NCBI RefSeq assembly: GCF_963921235.1 | Contig: NC_086097.1 | Coordinates: 180,980,001 to 181,044,000 of the forward strand | DNA length: 64,000 bases | Source: Mobula hypostoma | Taxonomy: Eukaryota | Reading direction: 5' to 3' | Shown here: positions 13,100 to 26,655 of the stretch, piece after piece | Position numbering within the stretch: position 1 is the stretch's first letter | Layout of the letters: each line of letters begins with the position of its first letter | Translations under genes and position numbers: made by a program | Notes under the pieces: generated by a model | Told to the model about the DNA's origin: nothing | What the model saw: only the letters and a program-made list of their open reading frames with translations | The model's database searches: none

Positions 13100-15478
13100 A
13101 GTTTTATAGTGGGGATTTTGAGGCTTTAGCTCTTTGAGGCTTCAGCGAGGAGAGGCTGGACTGAGAGGAGGCAAAAAGCTTGTAGGTGTATTTTTTTTTC
13201 TTTCAGTTTATTTATTATTTCTTTCTTTATAATTGGACAGTTACAGCAATAGGGATGCCAGGCAGGATAGTTGAATGGCCCTCTTGCATGATGTGTGAAG
13301 GCAGGGAGACCTGCAGTGACCCTGACAACTTCACCTGCAAGAAGTGCATCCAGCTGCAGCTTCCAGCACTCCGCGTTAAGGAGTTGGAGCTGGAACTGGA
13401 TCATTCAGGACTGAGGGGATGTCAGACAGGACATATAGGGAAGTAGTTACACTTAAAGTGCAGGATGGAGGAAACTGGGTGACAGCCAGGAAGGTGAAAG
13501 GGATTAAACAGGCAGCAGAGTATCTCTGTGGCCACCCCCCCCCCCCAACAACAGGTATATCTGGGTGCCAGGGTCCAGGATATCTTGAATGTCCTCAGTA
13601 TTCTAAAGTGAGAGGGTAAGCAGCCAGAGATGTGATCTATATAGGTACCAATGACATAGTTAGGAAGAGGGATAAGATTCTGCAAAGTGAGTTCAGGGAG
13701 TTAGGTGCTATGTTAAAGGACAGGACCTCCAGGGTTGTGATCTCAAGATTGCTACCCCTACCACATGCTAGAAAGATCAAACAGTATAATATATGGCTAA
13801 GGAGTTAGTGTAGGAGGGAGGGCTTCAGATTTTTGGATCATTGGGTTGTCTTCCAGGGAATGTTGGACCTGTACAGAAGAGACGGTTTGCACCTAAACTG
13901 GAGGGGGACCAATGGCCTAATCGGAAGGTCTGCTAGTACTGCATGGGGGGTGGGGTTAAACTAGAGTTGCAGGGAGATGGGAACCAGAGTGTCAGAACAG
14001 ATAGTGGAAAGGTTGTTAAAACCTCAGACAAAGTCAAGAAGCAAAAGGTAGAGCACGGTGCGACTAATGTTCTGAGTGGCATATATTTCAATACAAGAAG
14101 TATCATAAAGTCGGATGAGCTCAGGTCATGGACCAACAAATGAAATAATGATATTGTAGTCATTAGTGAGACTTGGTTGCAGGAGGGGCAGGACTGGCAG
14201 CTTAGTATTCCAGGGTTCTGTTGTTATAGACATGATAGGACGTGAGGGATTAAAAGGGGAGGGTCATGTTACTAGGCAGGAAAAATGTCACTGCAGTTCT
14301 CAGTCAGGACAGACTGGAAGACTCATCTAGTGAGGTGTTATGGGTGGAAATGAGGAATAAGAAAGGTATGATCACATTGCTGGAGCTATATTACAGACCA
14401 CCCAACAGTCCTTGGGATTTAGAAGAACAAATTTGTAGAGAGATCATGGACTGTTGCAAGAAACATAAGGTTATTATGGTAGGTGATGTTAACTTTTCAC
14501 ATATTGACTGGGACTCTTATGCTGTAAAAGGACTAGATGGGATAGAGTTTGTCAAATGTGGTCATGAACTTTTAAAAAAATCAGTACATACAATTTGGAT
14601 GATAATGTGGTTAACTGGATCTACAAATTTGCAGATGATACCAAGTTTGGGGTGTAGTGGACTGCAGGGCAGGCTATCATGGTTTGCAGGGGGATATGCA
14701 TCACTGGAAAAATGGGCAGAAAGATGGCAGATTGAATTTAATGTAGACAAATGTAAGCTATTCACTTTTGGAGGACCAACCAGGATAGGTCTTACACAGT
14801 GAGCAGTGAGGAGCATGTTAAAACAAAGGGATCTGGTCCATAATTCATTGAAAGCGACGTCACAGGTACATAGGCTCATAAAGAAAGCTTTTGGTACATT
14901 GGCCTTCATCGATCAAAGTATTGAGTACAGGCACTGGGATGTTATGTTGAGGTTGTATAAGACATTGGTGAGGCCTAATTTGGAGAATTGTGTGCAGTTT
15001 TGGTCACCTATCTACAGAAAAGATGTAAATATGATTGAAAGAGTACAGTGAAAATTTACAAGGGTGTTGCTGGGACTGGAGGATCTGAGTTAGAATTTTA
15101 TTCCCTAGAACATTGAAGATTGAGAGGAGATTTGATAGAGGTATACAAAATCATGAGGGATACAGATAGGTAAATGCAAACAGGCTTTTTCCACTGAGGA
15201 CTACAATTGGATTCATGGATTGAAGGTGAAATTTTTAAGGGAAAACTTCTTCACTCAGAGGGTGGTGAGAGTGCGGAATGAGCTGCCAGTGCAAGTGGTG
15301 GATGTGAATTTGATTTTATTGTTTAAGAGAAGTTTGGATAGGTACATGGATGGGAGGCTATGAAGGGCTGTGGTCTAGATGCAAGTTGACTAGTCAGTTT
15401 GATGGTTTGGTACAGACACAATGGGCTGAAGGGCCTGTTTCTGTGCTGTAGTTTTCTGAGACTTTTATGACTCTATGA
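13100..15478 (+). mobile_element. CR1 LINE, internally deleted (5' UTR, ORF1, part of ORF2, 3' end)
   Basis: ORF1 zinc finger CMMC...FTCKKC and esterase-like remnant; endonuclease YYRPPN and GDVNF; RT KFADD; CR1 tail. Confidence 0.88.
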
Positions 15479-15589
15479 TTGTATTTCCTACAAGGTGAAG
15501 CCTAATACCATGAATACTTCAGTCCCTTAACGCCTTTTATGCACACTTTGAAATGGAGAATAAAACCTACACCTGTGTGAATCCCTGCA

Positions 15590-17064
15590 GCATCCAGTGA
15601 CCGTGATCTCTGTCTTGGAGGTTGATGTCAGAACATCTTTCAAGAGAGTGAACTCCCGCAAGGCTTGTACCTTGTGGGGCCCTGAAAACCTGTGCCAAAC
15701 AACTGGTGAATATGTCCATGTCTCACTGCTGTAGTCAAAGGTTCCCACCCACTTCAAAAGGGTAACCATCATACCAGTGCCCAGGAAGAGCAGGGTGAGT
15801 TGACTCAATAACTATATTGCCCATTTCCACTCATATCTATAAGAATAAAGTTCTTTGACAGGTTGTTCATGGCCAGAATCAACTCCTGTCTAAGCAAGGA
15901 CTGGAAACTCTGCAATTTGCTTATCGCCACAATAAGTCTTCAGCAATTTCACTGATTCTCCACTCGGCCTTGGATCACCTGAACAATAACAATACCTATG
16001 TCAGGCTGCAGTTTATTGATTACAACTCAGCATTCAAATCAATCATACCCTCAGTTCTAATCAACAAGCTCAAATATCTGGGCCTCTGTATCTTCCTCTG
16101 CAAATGGATCCTTGAATTCCTCACTGGGAGACCACAGTAAGTGTGGATCAGAAATAACATCTCCTCCTTACTAATAGTCAACACTAGCGCACCTCAAGGA
16201 TGCCACTGCTTTTCTTTCTCTGCACCCATGACTGTGTGGCTAGGCACAGCTCAAACACCATCTATAAAATTTGCTGATGACACAAGTATTGCTAGCAGAA
16301 TTTCAAATGGTGACGAGGAGGCATACAGGAGTGTGATAGATCAGCTGGTTGATCAACGACCAAAGAGTTGATTGTGGACTTCAGGAAGGGGAAGTTGAGA
16401 GAACACACACCAGTCCTCATTGAGGGATCAACAGTGGAAAGGGTGAGCAGTTTTAGGTTTTTGGGTGTCAACGTCTCTGAAAATATTGATGCAATTAGAG
16501 AAGGCACCACAGTGGCTATATTTCATTAGGAGCTTCAGGAGACTTGGTATGTCACCAAAGACTCTCTCAAATTTCTGCAGATGTAACGTGGAGAACATTC
16601 TATCTGGTTGCATCACCATCTGGTAAGAAGGGGCTGCTGCACAGGATCAGAAAAAGCTGCAGGAAGTTGTAAACTCAAGCAATTCTATTATGGACCCTCT
16701 CATTCCCAGCATCCTTTGTAAGGTAATGCCTCAAAAAGGGAGTATCCATCATTGAGGAACCCCATCGCCCAGGACATGCCCTGACATTGCTATGATCAAG
16801 GAGCATGAAGACACAAACTCAATGTTTCAGGAATAGCTTCTTCCCTTCCACTATCTGATTTCTGAACATCAGTGAACCCATGTACGCTATCTCACTTTAT
16901 ATTTTCTGATTTTGCTCTCTTTTTGTACTAATTGTTTACTTTAATTTTAATATATATTTCTTAGTGTAATTTATTATTTTTATTATTATGTATTGCAATT
17001 ACTGCTGTCACAAAACAACAAATTTCATGACAAATGCCAGTAATATTAAACCTGATTCTGATTC
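15590..17064 (+). mobile_element. Rex1/Babar LINE, 5'-truncated
   Basis: APQGC and KFADDT motifs; ends TAAACCTGATTCTGATTC. Confidence 0.85.
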
Positions 17065-17136
17065 AATGTACCTTGAACTATTTCTAGTCTAAATCTCACT
17101 CTGTGCTGTATTGTTTTCTGTTTTACTTTTCTCTAG

Positions 17137-17187
17137 TGGGATCTTCGTTTCCATGTACTTGGTTCTTGCCTGCTGTACCAGAGTCAG
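17137..17187 (+). CDS. FAIM2-like exon, GIFVSMYLVLACCTRV(R)
   Basis: ctctag|51 bp|gtcagt; TMBIM LACC motif. Confidence 0.92.
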
Positions 17188-18632
17188 GTCAGTTCCAAAC
17201 AAAGTCTCTTAGCTGCCACTGATTATTTACATTGCTCACTCTCTGACATTTTCTGTTGATCTGCCCTCAACACTCATAGGTTTAATCTTACCCCAATTTG
17301 TCCTCATTACATGTGTCTGCACAATCACTTTATTCCACCATCTTTCAGTCACTTCCTTGTACATACCTAACTCTGTAAGCTTTGGGTTAAACTCCAGCAG
17401 CACAATGTAGGCAGATGTTCGCTAGCTTCAGGAAACCTGTTTAAGCACTCCTGTCTGGGGTGAGTGGAGTTGAGTTAGTTGTATGTGTGCTTGTACTTGG
17501 GGAAAATATCAGTGGTGATCCTCAGCAGGAAAGGCAATAGTTATCATCAGAGATTGAACCTTTTATGCTCAGATATTAAACCATCCATCCTGCCCTGTAT
17601 TTATCTTTTTCACATTTTACCACCCTGCCCCCAACGTGCGGTATGCTTGTGCAGACACAGCGATGCACATGCAGATACACTCACTCACACAGACACAGAC
17701 AGAAATATACAACAAACACAGTACCCTTCTGATCCATCACTTTATGTCCTTTCTTAAACAACAGTTTCAGTGAATAGTTTTGGAAACTCTAAAGTATTAT
17801 GAATGTGTTTCAGATATTCAACTCCTCCAACCTTAGAAATCCCATTGCACTTTTTAGTGTAATCTGTTTGAAAAACAATTATTTTTCCAGAATAAAATGC
17901 AATAATGACAAATTCCAGATCATTTGGGGTTGAGTCTGGAACTTTAACCAGGCCCTTGCTAACTGTTGCCCTTGTGAACAAGCTTGATTAATATGTCAGC
18001 AGTGTCAATTGCTATGTGATACAGGGAATTTGGATCTTGTGATAGCAGGGTCAGCCGTTGATGGAATTTTTAGCACCGCTGGGCTGGGACCCTGCCAAGT
18101 AAGGGAATAACTTCATCATTGCTAATTAACCCTCACCACTGATGCACCTACATCAAGTCACCCCTCGGATTTCCCCCAATTCCATTGGAATGATGTCTCC
18201 AGTTCCCCGCCACCCCCCACCCCCCAAACACATTGAGAACTAAATCATCAGTGCCATTCAGCTGAATACTTCCATTGGAGGACTCCTTCCCCCCCACAAT
18301 CACCCACCACCCATGATCCACTCCAATTCTTCAACCTTAACTCTCATCACAAGCCCATTGGGTCAGTTGTTGCCAGACACCTCCTCCCAATCCCAGCCTC
18401 CAAACAGAATGCCAGCAGGGAATTTTGGCTCCCCATTGGCCAATGGAGTGCTTTAGCAGGGGGTTGAATGTCAATATGAATGATGGTGTCCATTTTACAG
18501 TCTTCAAAGCGCAATTTAGTTCCTGAGCACCTTCCTTCAATCTGTACCATTCAGAGGGGAGACTTGAATACCTACACTCCCAGTATTGTTTATTAGACAG
18601 GGGCCAATGAGCCTGCTGCCCACTAATTAATC

Positions 18633-18805
18633 TACCAACTCGTATGCCTTTGGAATGCGGGAGGAAACCACAGCACCGGGAGGAAAACCACGCAGTCGCG
18701 GGTAGAATATACTAACTTCTTACCGACAGCAGCGGAATTGAACCCAGACTGCTGGTGCTGTAATAGTGTTATACTAACTGCTATGCCACTGCGCCATCCC
18801 CAAAC
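18633..18805 (-). mobile_element. tRNA-derived V-SINE (HE1-like)
   Basis: Minus strand has A/B-box-like GGCGCAGTGG...GGGTTCAATTCC and a V-domain-like GTTTTCCTCCCGGTGCTGTGGTTTCCTCCC. Confidence 0.75.
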
Positions 18806-18934
18806 AACACAGTTCACAGTTAGCGGCACTGATTGTAAACCTGATTCTGAGAAAATTTGAAAATCTCTCGCAGTATTATCCTTGTTCTTTGTTCAATAGT
18901 TTTGGTAATTTTTATTGATGTAACAATTCCCAAC

Positions 18935-19348
18935 CATTGAGCACATCTACATGAAAAATTGTCACAGGAAAGCAGCATCAATTATCAAAGATCCTCACCA
19001 CCCAGACCATGCTCTTTTCTCTCTGCTGCCATCAGGTAGAAGGTACAAATGCCTCAGGACTTGCACCACCAGGTTTAAGAACAGTTACTACTCCTCAACC
19101 AAAAGGCTCTTGAACAAAAGGGGATAGCTACACTTATTTAAGGACTCCTTTATCCTGTTATTTCATGCTCATTATTTATTGCTGTTTATTTATATCTGTA
19201 TTTGCATAGTTTGTTGTCCATTGATCCTGTTTACAGTTACTGATATATACACACACGCTAAGTACGCCTGCAGAAAAATAATCTCGGGGTTGGATTTGGT
19301 GACATGTATGTACTCTGATAATTGTGCTTTGAACTTTGAATTCTTTGA
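18935..19348 (+). mobile_element. Rex1/Babar LINE 3' fragment
   Basis: Encodes IIKDPHHPDHALFSLLPSGRRY; (AACTTTG)n-like tail. Confidence 0.8.
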
Positions 19349-19383
19349 AGTTTGTTTTAATCTACTCTGTTTTCTCTATGCAG

Positions 19384-19423
19384 GAGATGTTTTCCCTGGA
19401 ATTTAATTCTTCTGTCAATTTTT
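19384..19423 (+). CDS. FAIM2-like exon, RCFPWNLILLSIF
   Basis: atgcag|40 bp|gtatgt; hallmark RRxFPWN motif. Confidence 0.93.
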
Positions 19424-20795
19424 GTATGTATTTCTCATGGTGGTGTTGCAGTTGATGTGTCTACATTCCTGAAAATATTAGACATGTGTTGCATTTTAAA
19501 AACCTTGAGCTGTTGGTTAACTTTTAATGATAAACTGAGGGTCTATATCCCACCTCAAATAGATTTGAAAAATCAGAAAAAAGAACTGGAGAATGTTCCA
19601 CCAAAATTCTGGGGTCTGTTTTAATCACTTAATCGCATTAGTTAGATGTAAAGAAAATATCTTTAAATTCATTCTTCATTCTTTTTGATTCAGTAGTAAC
19701 AGGTATTCCCAAAGGAGGCACTGTACATATATAGAAGGTTATAAGAAATTACTCTATTAGAGTAATATAAAGAATAAAATACAAAAAGAAAGGAAAATGT
19801 TTAATGAGGTAGTAAAGGAAACAAAATAATATTTATCAACCAATCACTAAACCAAGCTATACAAGTCACCAGAGGGACTGCAAAAGTCTGACAACCTTTT
19901 CACTCTATCTCTTAACACCAGTTTCTACACAACCTCAGAGAAGACTCCCCCTTGCACAAAGAAATTGCCCCTTCTTATTTCTTTCAAAACCCCTTACCCA
20001 AATACTTTCCCATTGCACCATACCAGATGGTACCTACATCTGCACAATTTAAAGGAAAAACAGAATGCAGTCCATAGTGTCTCAGTTATGGAGAAAGTGC
20101 AGTGTTGGAAACATTCCTTCCTTAAACATTAACTTTTCTGTGTCTTCTTCCAGATATCTATTGCCTTCCCAGTTTTCTCCCCCTCATTCCCTTAATTTAC
20201 TTTTCACAAAACAATTGGGCTCCAATTCTGCAGCACTTTCCTTTTCTACAAGATGTCCTCAGTGATCAGCCAATGAACTGCTTCAAAGTGTAATTGCTGT
20301 TGTAGGTAGTAAGGCTGCACACAGCAAATTCCAGAAACAGTAGTGAGAAAAATGACTCAATTAGTTTTCAGCAATGGAAACACAAGATACTGCAGATGCT
20401 GGAACCTGGAGCAAAGCATCATCTGATGGACTCCGGTGGAATTGGAGAATTAGAGTCATAGAGTTATAGAGCACAGAAACAGTATCTTCAGTCCAACTCG
20501 TCCATATCAACCAAGATGTGTATCCAAGCTGCTTCTGTTTCCTTCCATTTGGTCTATATCTATCTTGACCTTTCTCCTGATCCATGTACTGTACCTGTCT
20601 AAACATCTTTAAACATTGTAATTGTACTTGGCTCAGCTACAGCTTCCTCTGACTGTTCATTCCAGATACCCACCACCCTTTGCGCAAAAAAAGTTTCTCC
20701 TCTCACCTTTAACCTAAGCCTTCTAGTATTAGACTCCCTCACTCCTGCGAAAAGACTATGACAATCCACTTTATGTCTCTCATGATTTTATATAC

Positions 20796-21400
20796 ATAGT
20801 CATAGTCATACTTTATTGATCCCGGGGGAAACTGGTTTTTGTTACAGTTGCACCATAAATAATAAATAGTAATAGAACCATAAATAGTTAAATAGTAATA
20901 TGTAAATTATGCCAATAAATTATGAAATAAGTGCAGGACCAGACTATCAGCTCAGGGTGTCTGACCCTCCAAGCGAGCAGTTGTAAAGTTTGATGGCCAC
21001 AGGCAGGAATGACTTCCTATGACGCTCTGTGCTGAATCTCGGAGGAATGAGTCTCTGGCTGAATGTACTCCTGTGCCCAACCAGTACATTATGTAGTGGA
21101 TGGAGACATTGACCAAGATGGCATGCAACTTAGACAGCATCCTCTTTTCAGACACCACCGTGAGAGAATCCAGTTCCATCCCCACAACATCACTGGCCTT
21201 ACGAATGAGTTTGTTGATTCTGCTGGTGTCTGCTACCCTCAGCCTGCTGCCCCAGCACACAACAGCAAACATGATCACACTGGCCACCACAGACTCGTAG
21301 AACATCCTCAGCATCGTCCGGCAGATGTTAAAGGACCTCAGTCTCCTCAGGAAATGGAGACGGCTCTGACTCTTCTTGTAGACAGCCTCAGTGTTCTTAG
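20796..21400 (-). mobile_element. Rex1/Babar-type LINE 3' end, inserted in an old CR1 fragment (about 20445-21445)
   Basis: MLRMFYESVVASVIMFAVVCWG C-terminus and (GACTAT)n tail; near-identical to 26656-27280. Confidence 0.8.
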
Positions 21401-21624
21401 ACTCTTTACCTCTTTGAGGTCACCCCTCAGTCTCCTACACTCCAGATTAAAAGAAAAACTTATGGCTGGACAATAAGTCATGATATTATTGCCTCTTCCT
21501 AAGAACAAATTAAAACAGAGCATAAAGTGTGTTGGCCAGTTCCCATCAAAACTCACATGTCATTGAACTTAAGAGAATGTGAATGTTTACCCTTATCTGA
21601 TACAACTTCTCCTTCTTTACTCAG

Positions 21625-21662
21625 ACTCTGAGCATGTCATACATGGCAGGGATGCTTACCAC
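21625..21662 (+). CDS. FAIM2-like exon, TLSMSYMAGMLT(T)
   Basis: actcag|38 bp|gtaaga; matches FAIM2 TLSMAYLTGMLSS. Confidence 0.93.
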
Positions 21663-22094
21663 GTAAGAGATGATTATAAAATTTTTTTTCATTCATGGGA
21701 TGAGGATATTGGTAGCAAGACCAGCATTTATTGCCCTAACGTAATTGCCTCAGAGAAGGTGGTAATGTCTTCTTGAACTACTTAGCCTTTCAAGGTGCTC
21801 CTAGAGTGCTGTGGGGGAGGGATTTTCAGGATTTGTATCTATCAATGATGAAGAAATAGAGTAATGTTTCCGGGTCAGGATGGTATGTGAGTGGGACAGA
21901 ACCTGTGGGTGGTGGTGTTCCATGCTGGCTCTTCTGGATGAGGGAAGCCATATACATGGGAGCTTCCACTGAAGTAGAGTTGGGCAAATTGCTGCTGCAT
22001 GTTATTATAGATAGTGAATAAAATAATTGATACAGTGCACCAAATTCATCATCTGTTCAGAACACTGATTTACTTAACAGGGTTTACTTGCTAG

Positions 22095-25000
22095 CGTCTG
22101 GGACATCTGGGATTGAGATCTCAGCATTCTTAAGTGGGAGGGTGAACAGTCAGAGGTTATGGTCCATCTAGATACCAATGACATAAGTAGGAAGAACTCC
22201 CTTTGCAGTGACGAAGTTCTGCAAAGGAAGTTAGGTGCTGTTAAAATGCAGGACCTTCAGGGTTACGATCGCAGAAATGCGACCTGTGCCACGTGCTAAT
22301 GAAGCTAGAAAAAGTAAGATTCTACAGTTTAGCACATGGCTAAGGAGTTGGTGTAGAAGGGAAGGCGTCAGATATTTGGATCATTGGGCTGTCTTCAGGG
22401 AAGGTGGGACCTGTACAGAAGAGACTGTTTGCACCTGAACTGAAGGGGAACTAGCAGGAAGGTTTGCTAGTGCTGCGTAGGGGTGGAACGGGTTTTCAGG
22501 GAGAGGTTTAAATTGTAGTCAGTGGGATGGGAACCAGAGTGCCAAAACAGATAGTGGAGAGGTTGTGGAAACAGATGTTATTAAGATCTCAGATAAGTTC
22601 AGGAATCAAAAGGTTGAGCATGGTGTGACTAATGTCCTGAATTGTCCATATTTCAATGCAAAAATATCATAGGCAGATAGCTCAGGGCATGGTATTGTAG
22701 TTATTAGTGCAACTAGGTTGCAGGAGGGGCAGGAAGAGCAGCTCAATATTTCGGGATTCTGTTGTCTTAGAAGTGTTAGGGATTAAAGGGAGAGGGGTGG
22801 TGTTACTAGTCAGGGAAAATGTCACGGCAGTGCTCAGTTGGGAAAGACTGGAGAACTTGTCTAGTGAAGTGTTATGGGTGGAACTGAGAAACAGGAAAGG
22901 TATGATCACGTTAATGGGGCTATATTACAGATCACCCAACAGTCTGTGGGATTTAGAGGAATAAATTTGGACAGAGATCACAGACTGCTGCAAGAAACAA
23001 AAGGTTGTTATAGTAAGTGATTTTAACTTTCCAGATATTTACTGGAATTCCCATACTATAAAAGTACTAGATGGGATAGAGTTTATCAAATGTGTTCAGG
23101 AAAGTTACCTTAATCAGTACGTAGAAGTTCTAATGAGAGAGTGTGCAATACTTTATCTGCTAATAGGAAATGAGGTAGGGCAGGTGACCGAAGATGTGTA
23201 GGGGAACACTTTGCATTTCGTGATCATAATGCCATTAGTTTAAAAGTAAATATGGAAAAAGATAGGTCCCGTTGTGGGTTGAAATTCTAAATTGGGGAAT
23301 TTGATGGTATTCAGAAAAGATCTGGCAGGTTATGGATCGAGACAAGCTGTTTTCTTGCAAAGGTGTACTTGGTCAGTGAAATTTTGTGAAAGCTTGTATG
23401 TGCCTGTCAGAATAAAAAGTAAAGATGACAGGTTTAGGGAACCTTGAATTTCAAGGGATATTGAACCTGGTTAAGAAAAGGACATGCATAGAAGGTATAA
23501 GCAGGTAGGAACAAATGACATATCTATGGAGTATAAGAAATGAAAGAGAACATTTAAGAAAAACATCAGGAGGGTGAAAAGAAAGCATGAGGTTGTCCTA
23601 GCAGACAAGGTGAAGGAGAATCTTAAGGGATTCTACTGACATGTTAAGAGCAAAAGGATTGCAAGGGACAAAATTGGTCCTCTGGAAGATCAGAATGGTA
23701 ATCCATGCGTGGAGCCAAAAGAGATGGGGGAAGATCTTAAATGGATTTTTTGCATCTGTATTTACTCAGGAGACAGACAGAGTCTATACAAGTGAGGAAA
23801 AGCAGCTTTGACTTCATGGACCCTATAGACTACAGATGAGGAGGTATTTGCTGTCTGGAGACAAATTAGGGTGGATAAGTCTCTAGGGCCTGACAAGGTG
23901 TTTCCCTCAGACCCTGTGGGAAGCAAGTTCAGAAATTGCAATGGCCCTAGCAGTGATACTTAATCATCCTTAGCAACGGTGAGGTACCAGAGATTAGAGG
24001 ATTGCTAATGTTGTTCCATTGTTTAAGAAAGGCTCTAAAAATAAACCAGGCTGGTGAGCCTGACACCAGTAGTGGGAAAGTTATTGGAAGGTATTCCAAG
24101 GGACAGAATATATGAGTATTTGGATAGAACTAGGTTGATTATGGATAGTCAGCATGGCTTTGTGCATGGTAGGTCATGTCTAACCAATCTTAGTGTTTTT
24201 CAAGGAAGTTACCAGGAAAGTTGATGAGAGTCAAGGTAGTGGATGTTGTCCATGTGGACTTCTGCAAGGCACTTGACAAGGTCCAGCATGGGAGGTTGGT
24301 CAGGAAGGTTCAGTCACTTGCCATTGAAGATGAGGTAGTAAATTAGGTTAGATGTTGGCTTAAAGGGAGAAGCCAGAAAGTGGTGGTAGATGGTTGTTTC
24401 TCTGACTAAAGACTTGTGACTAGTGGAGGGGCACATGGATCGGTGCTGGCTTTATTGTTGTTTATCATTTATATCAATGATCTGGATGATAATGTGGTTA
24501 ACTGGATCAGCAAATTTGCAGATGACACCAAGATTGTTGATGTAGTGGACAGCAAGGAAGACTATCAGAGCTTGCAGCAGCATCTGAACCATTTGGAAAA
24601 ATAGGCTGAAAAAATGGCAGATGGAATTTAATGCAGATAAGTGCGAGGTGTTGCACTTTGGGAGAACCAACCAGGACTGGTCTTACACAGTGAACTGTAG
24701 GGCACTGAGGAGTGCTGTAGAACAAGGGATTTGGGAATACAGGTCCATAATTCATTGAAAGGGGCATCACAGGTAGATAGTGTTGCAAAGAAAGCTGTTG
24801 GCACATTAGCCTTCATAAATTGAAGTATTGAGTATAGGAGATGGGGTGTTATATTGAAGTTGTAAAAGATATTTTTGAGACCTAATTTGGAGTATTTTGT
24901 GTAGCTTTGGTCACCTACCTACAAGAAAGATGTAAATAATGTTGAAAGGGTACAGAGAAAATTTACAGGGATGTTGCCGGGGCTGAAGGACCTGAGTTAT

Positions 25001-25432
25001 GAGGAAAGATTGAATAGGTTCGCACTATATTCCTTTGCACGTAGAAGACTGAGGGGAGATTTGATGAAGGTATACAAAATTATGTGGGGCATAGACAGGG
25101 TAAATGCAAGATTTTTCCACTGAGGTTGAGTGGGACTACAACTAGAAATCATGGGATAAGGGTGAAAGGTGAAAAAGTTTAAGGAGAATATGAAGGGAAT
25201 CTTCTTCACCCAGAGGGTGATGAGAGTGTGGAACAAGCTGCCAGCACAAGTGGTGCATGTGAGCTTGATTTCAACATTTAAGAGAAGTTCAGATAAGCAC
25301 ATGAATAGTAGAGGTATGGAGGGCCGTGGTCCTGGTACAGGTCGATGGGAGTAGGCAGTTTAAATGGTTTGGCATGGACGAGATGGACTGAAGGGACTGT
25401 TTCTATGTTGTACTTTTCTATGATTATGATTC
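22095..25432 (+). mobile_element. CR1 LINE, near-complete ORF2 plus 3' part of ORF1, degenerate
   Basis: Esterase remnant, endonuclease, RT (GSVLALLLFIIYINDLD, KFADDTK) and CR1 tail. Confidence 0.92.
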
Positions 25433-25516
25433 TAATACTGAACTTTTCAAATGTAATCTGGTTTGTTCAGTTTAACTGTGGGTGCAGAGAGCTCACATGT
25501 TTGCCCTTTCTTCCAG

Positions 25517-25604
25517 CTACCACAACACAAAGATTGTGCTGCTGTGCATTGGGATCACAGCCTTGGTCTGTTTCACAGTTACCATCTTCTCCTTCCAGAC
25601 AAAG
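25517..25604 (+). CDS. FAIM2-like exon, YHNTKIVLLCIGITALVCFTVTIFSFQTK
   Basis: ttccag|88 bp|gtttgt; FSFQTK motif. Confidence 0.95.
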
Positions 25605-25639
25605 GTTTGTGCAACTTTTGTTTAAACTTTCATTTATTA

Positions 25640-26035
25640 TTGTTACATGAACTGAGGTGCGCTGAAAATCTTTGCTTTGCATGCCATCCACACAGATCAT
25701 TTCATCACATCACATTGAGGTAATATACGGAAAAACAATAACAATGCAAAATGAAGTATTACAGTTACAGGGAAGTACAGTGCTGGCGGACAATAAGGTG
25801 CAAGGTCGTAAGGTAGATTGGGAGTTATAACCAGAAGCTGTCCTTGAGCTTTGTGTTGTGTGCTTCAGGCATTTGTACATTCTGCCCGATGGGAGGGGTT
25901 GGGGAAAAGAGAGAATATCTGGGGTGGGTGAGGTCTTCTATTATGCTACCTGCTTTACTGAGGTAGTAAAAAGTGTAGACAGAGTCCATGGAGGGGAGGT
26001 TGGTTTCTGAAATGTGCTGAGCTGTGTCCACAGCT
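25640..26035 (-). mobile_element. Rex1/Babar LINE 3' fragment
   Basis: TAQHISETNLPSMDS and IIEDLTHP remnants. Confidence 0.65.
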
Positions 26036-26268
26036 GATACCGATAGAGCCCAACAATCCCCAACCTGGGTATTCAGACAGCAATGCACTGAGAGAGTGCC
26101 ATTGTACCAAGCTTCTGCAAGTTAGCCCAATGGGATGATGGAGTGTTTGTAGGTTGGAGGGATATAAGGTGTTGGTTCTTGTAGTCAGTGAGGTCATTTC
26201 CCACGCAGTGGATAGGGGCTCTGCCTACAAGGCACAGTCTTTTCACTGACGGCTGTTCTCATTTTCAG

Positions 26269-26364
26269 TTTGACTTCACCACCTGCCATGGCCTGCTGTT
26301 TGGGTTGACCATCGCATTGCTGCTGACGGCATTGGTCATGGGCTTCACTGTCCCCCTTGGATAC
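26269..26364 (+). CDS. FAIM2-like exon, FDFTTCHGLLFGLTIALLLTALVMGFTVPLGY
   Basis: tttcag|96 bp|gtaagt; DFT motif. Confidence 0.95.
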
Positions 26365-26655
26365 GTAAGTAAATGTTTGACTGCTGCTTCAGATGGACAC
26401 ATGACAGGAAATAATGGGCAGTTGAGGAACAAAGAGCAAAGAAAGAAGGAAAATACTAAAAGTGTTATTTGTAACTGGTACAAAGAGAATGGACTGGGAT
26501 AATTTCTGTGCCCCCCCCCGCTTATTCTTAGGATGGTGAGTATTACTGCTGAGACTTCAACTCTGTAAGGAGTTGTTGACCATCTCTGAGGCTGCAGCAG
26601 AGGGCAGGAGTGTTGCAGCCTCTTTGAGCAACACTTCAATCCTTCTGAACAGGAA

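Noticed and set aside
17990..18135. Possible conserved non-coding element in a FAIM2-like intron
   Set aside because: It looks unique, but the call cannot be supported without cross-species alignment.
18760..18805. tRNA gene
   Set aside because: The A/B-box-like head runs directly into a V-SINE body, and no full cloverleaf is evident.
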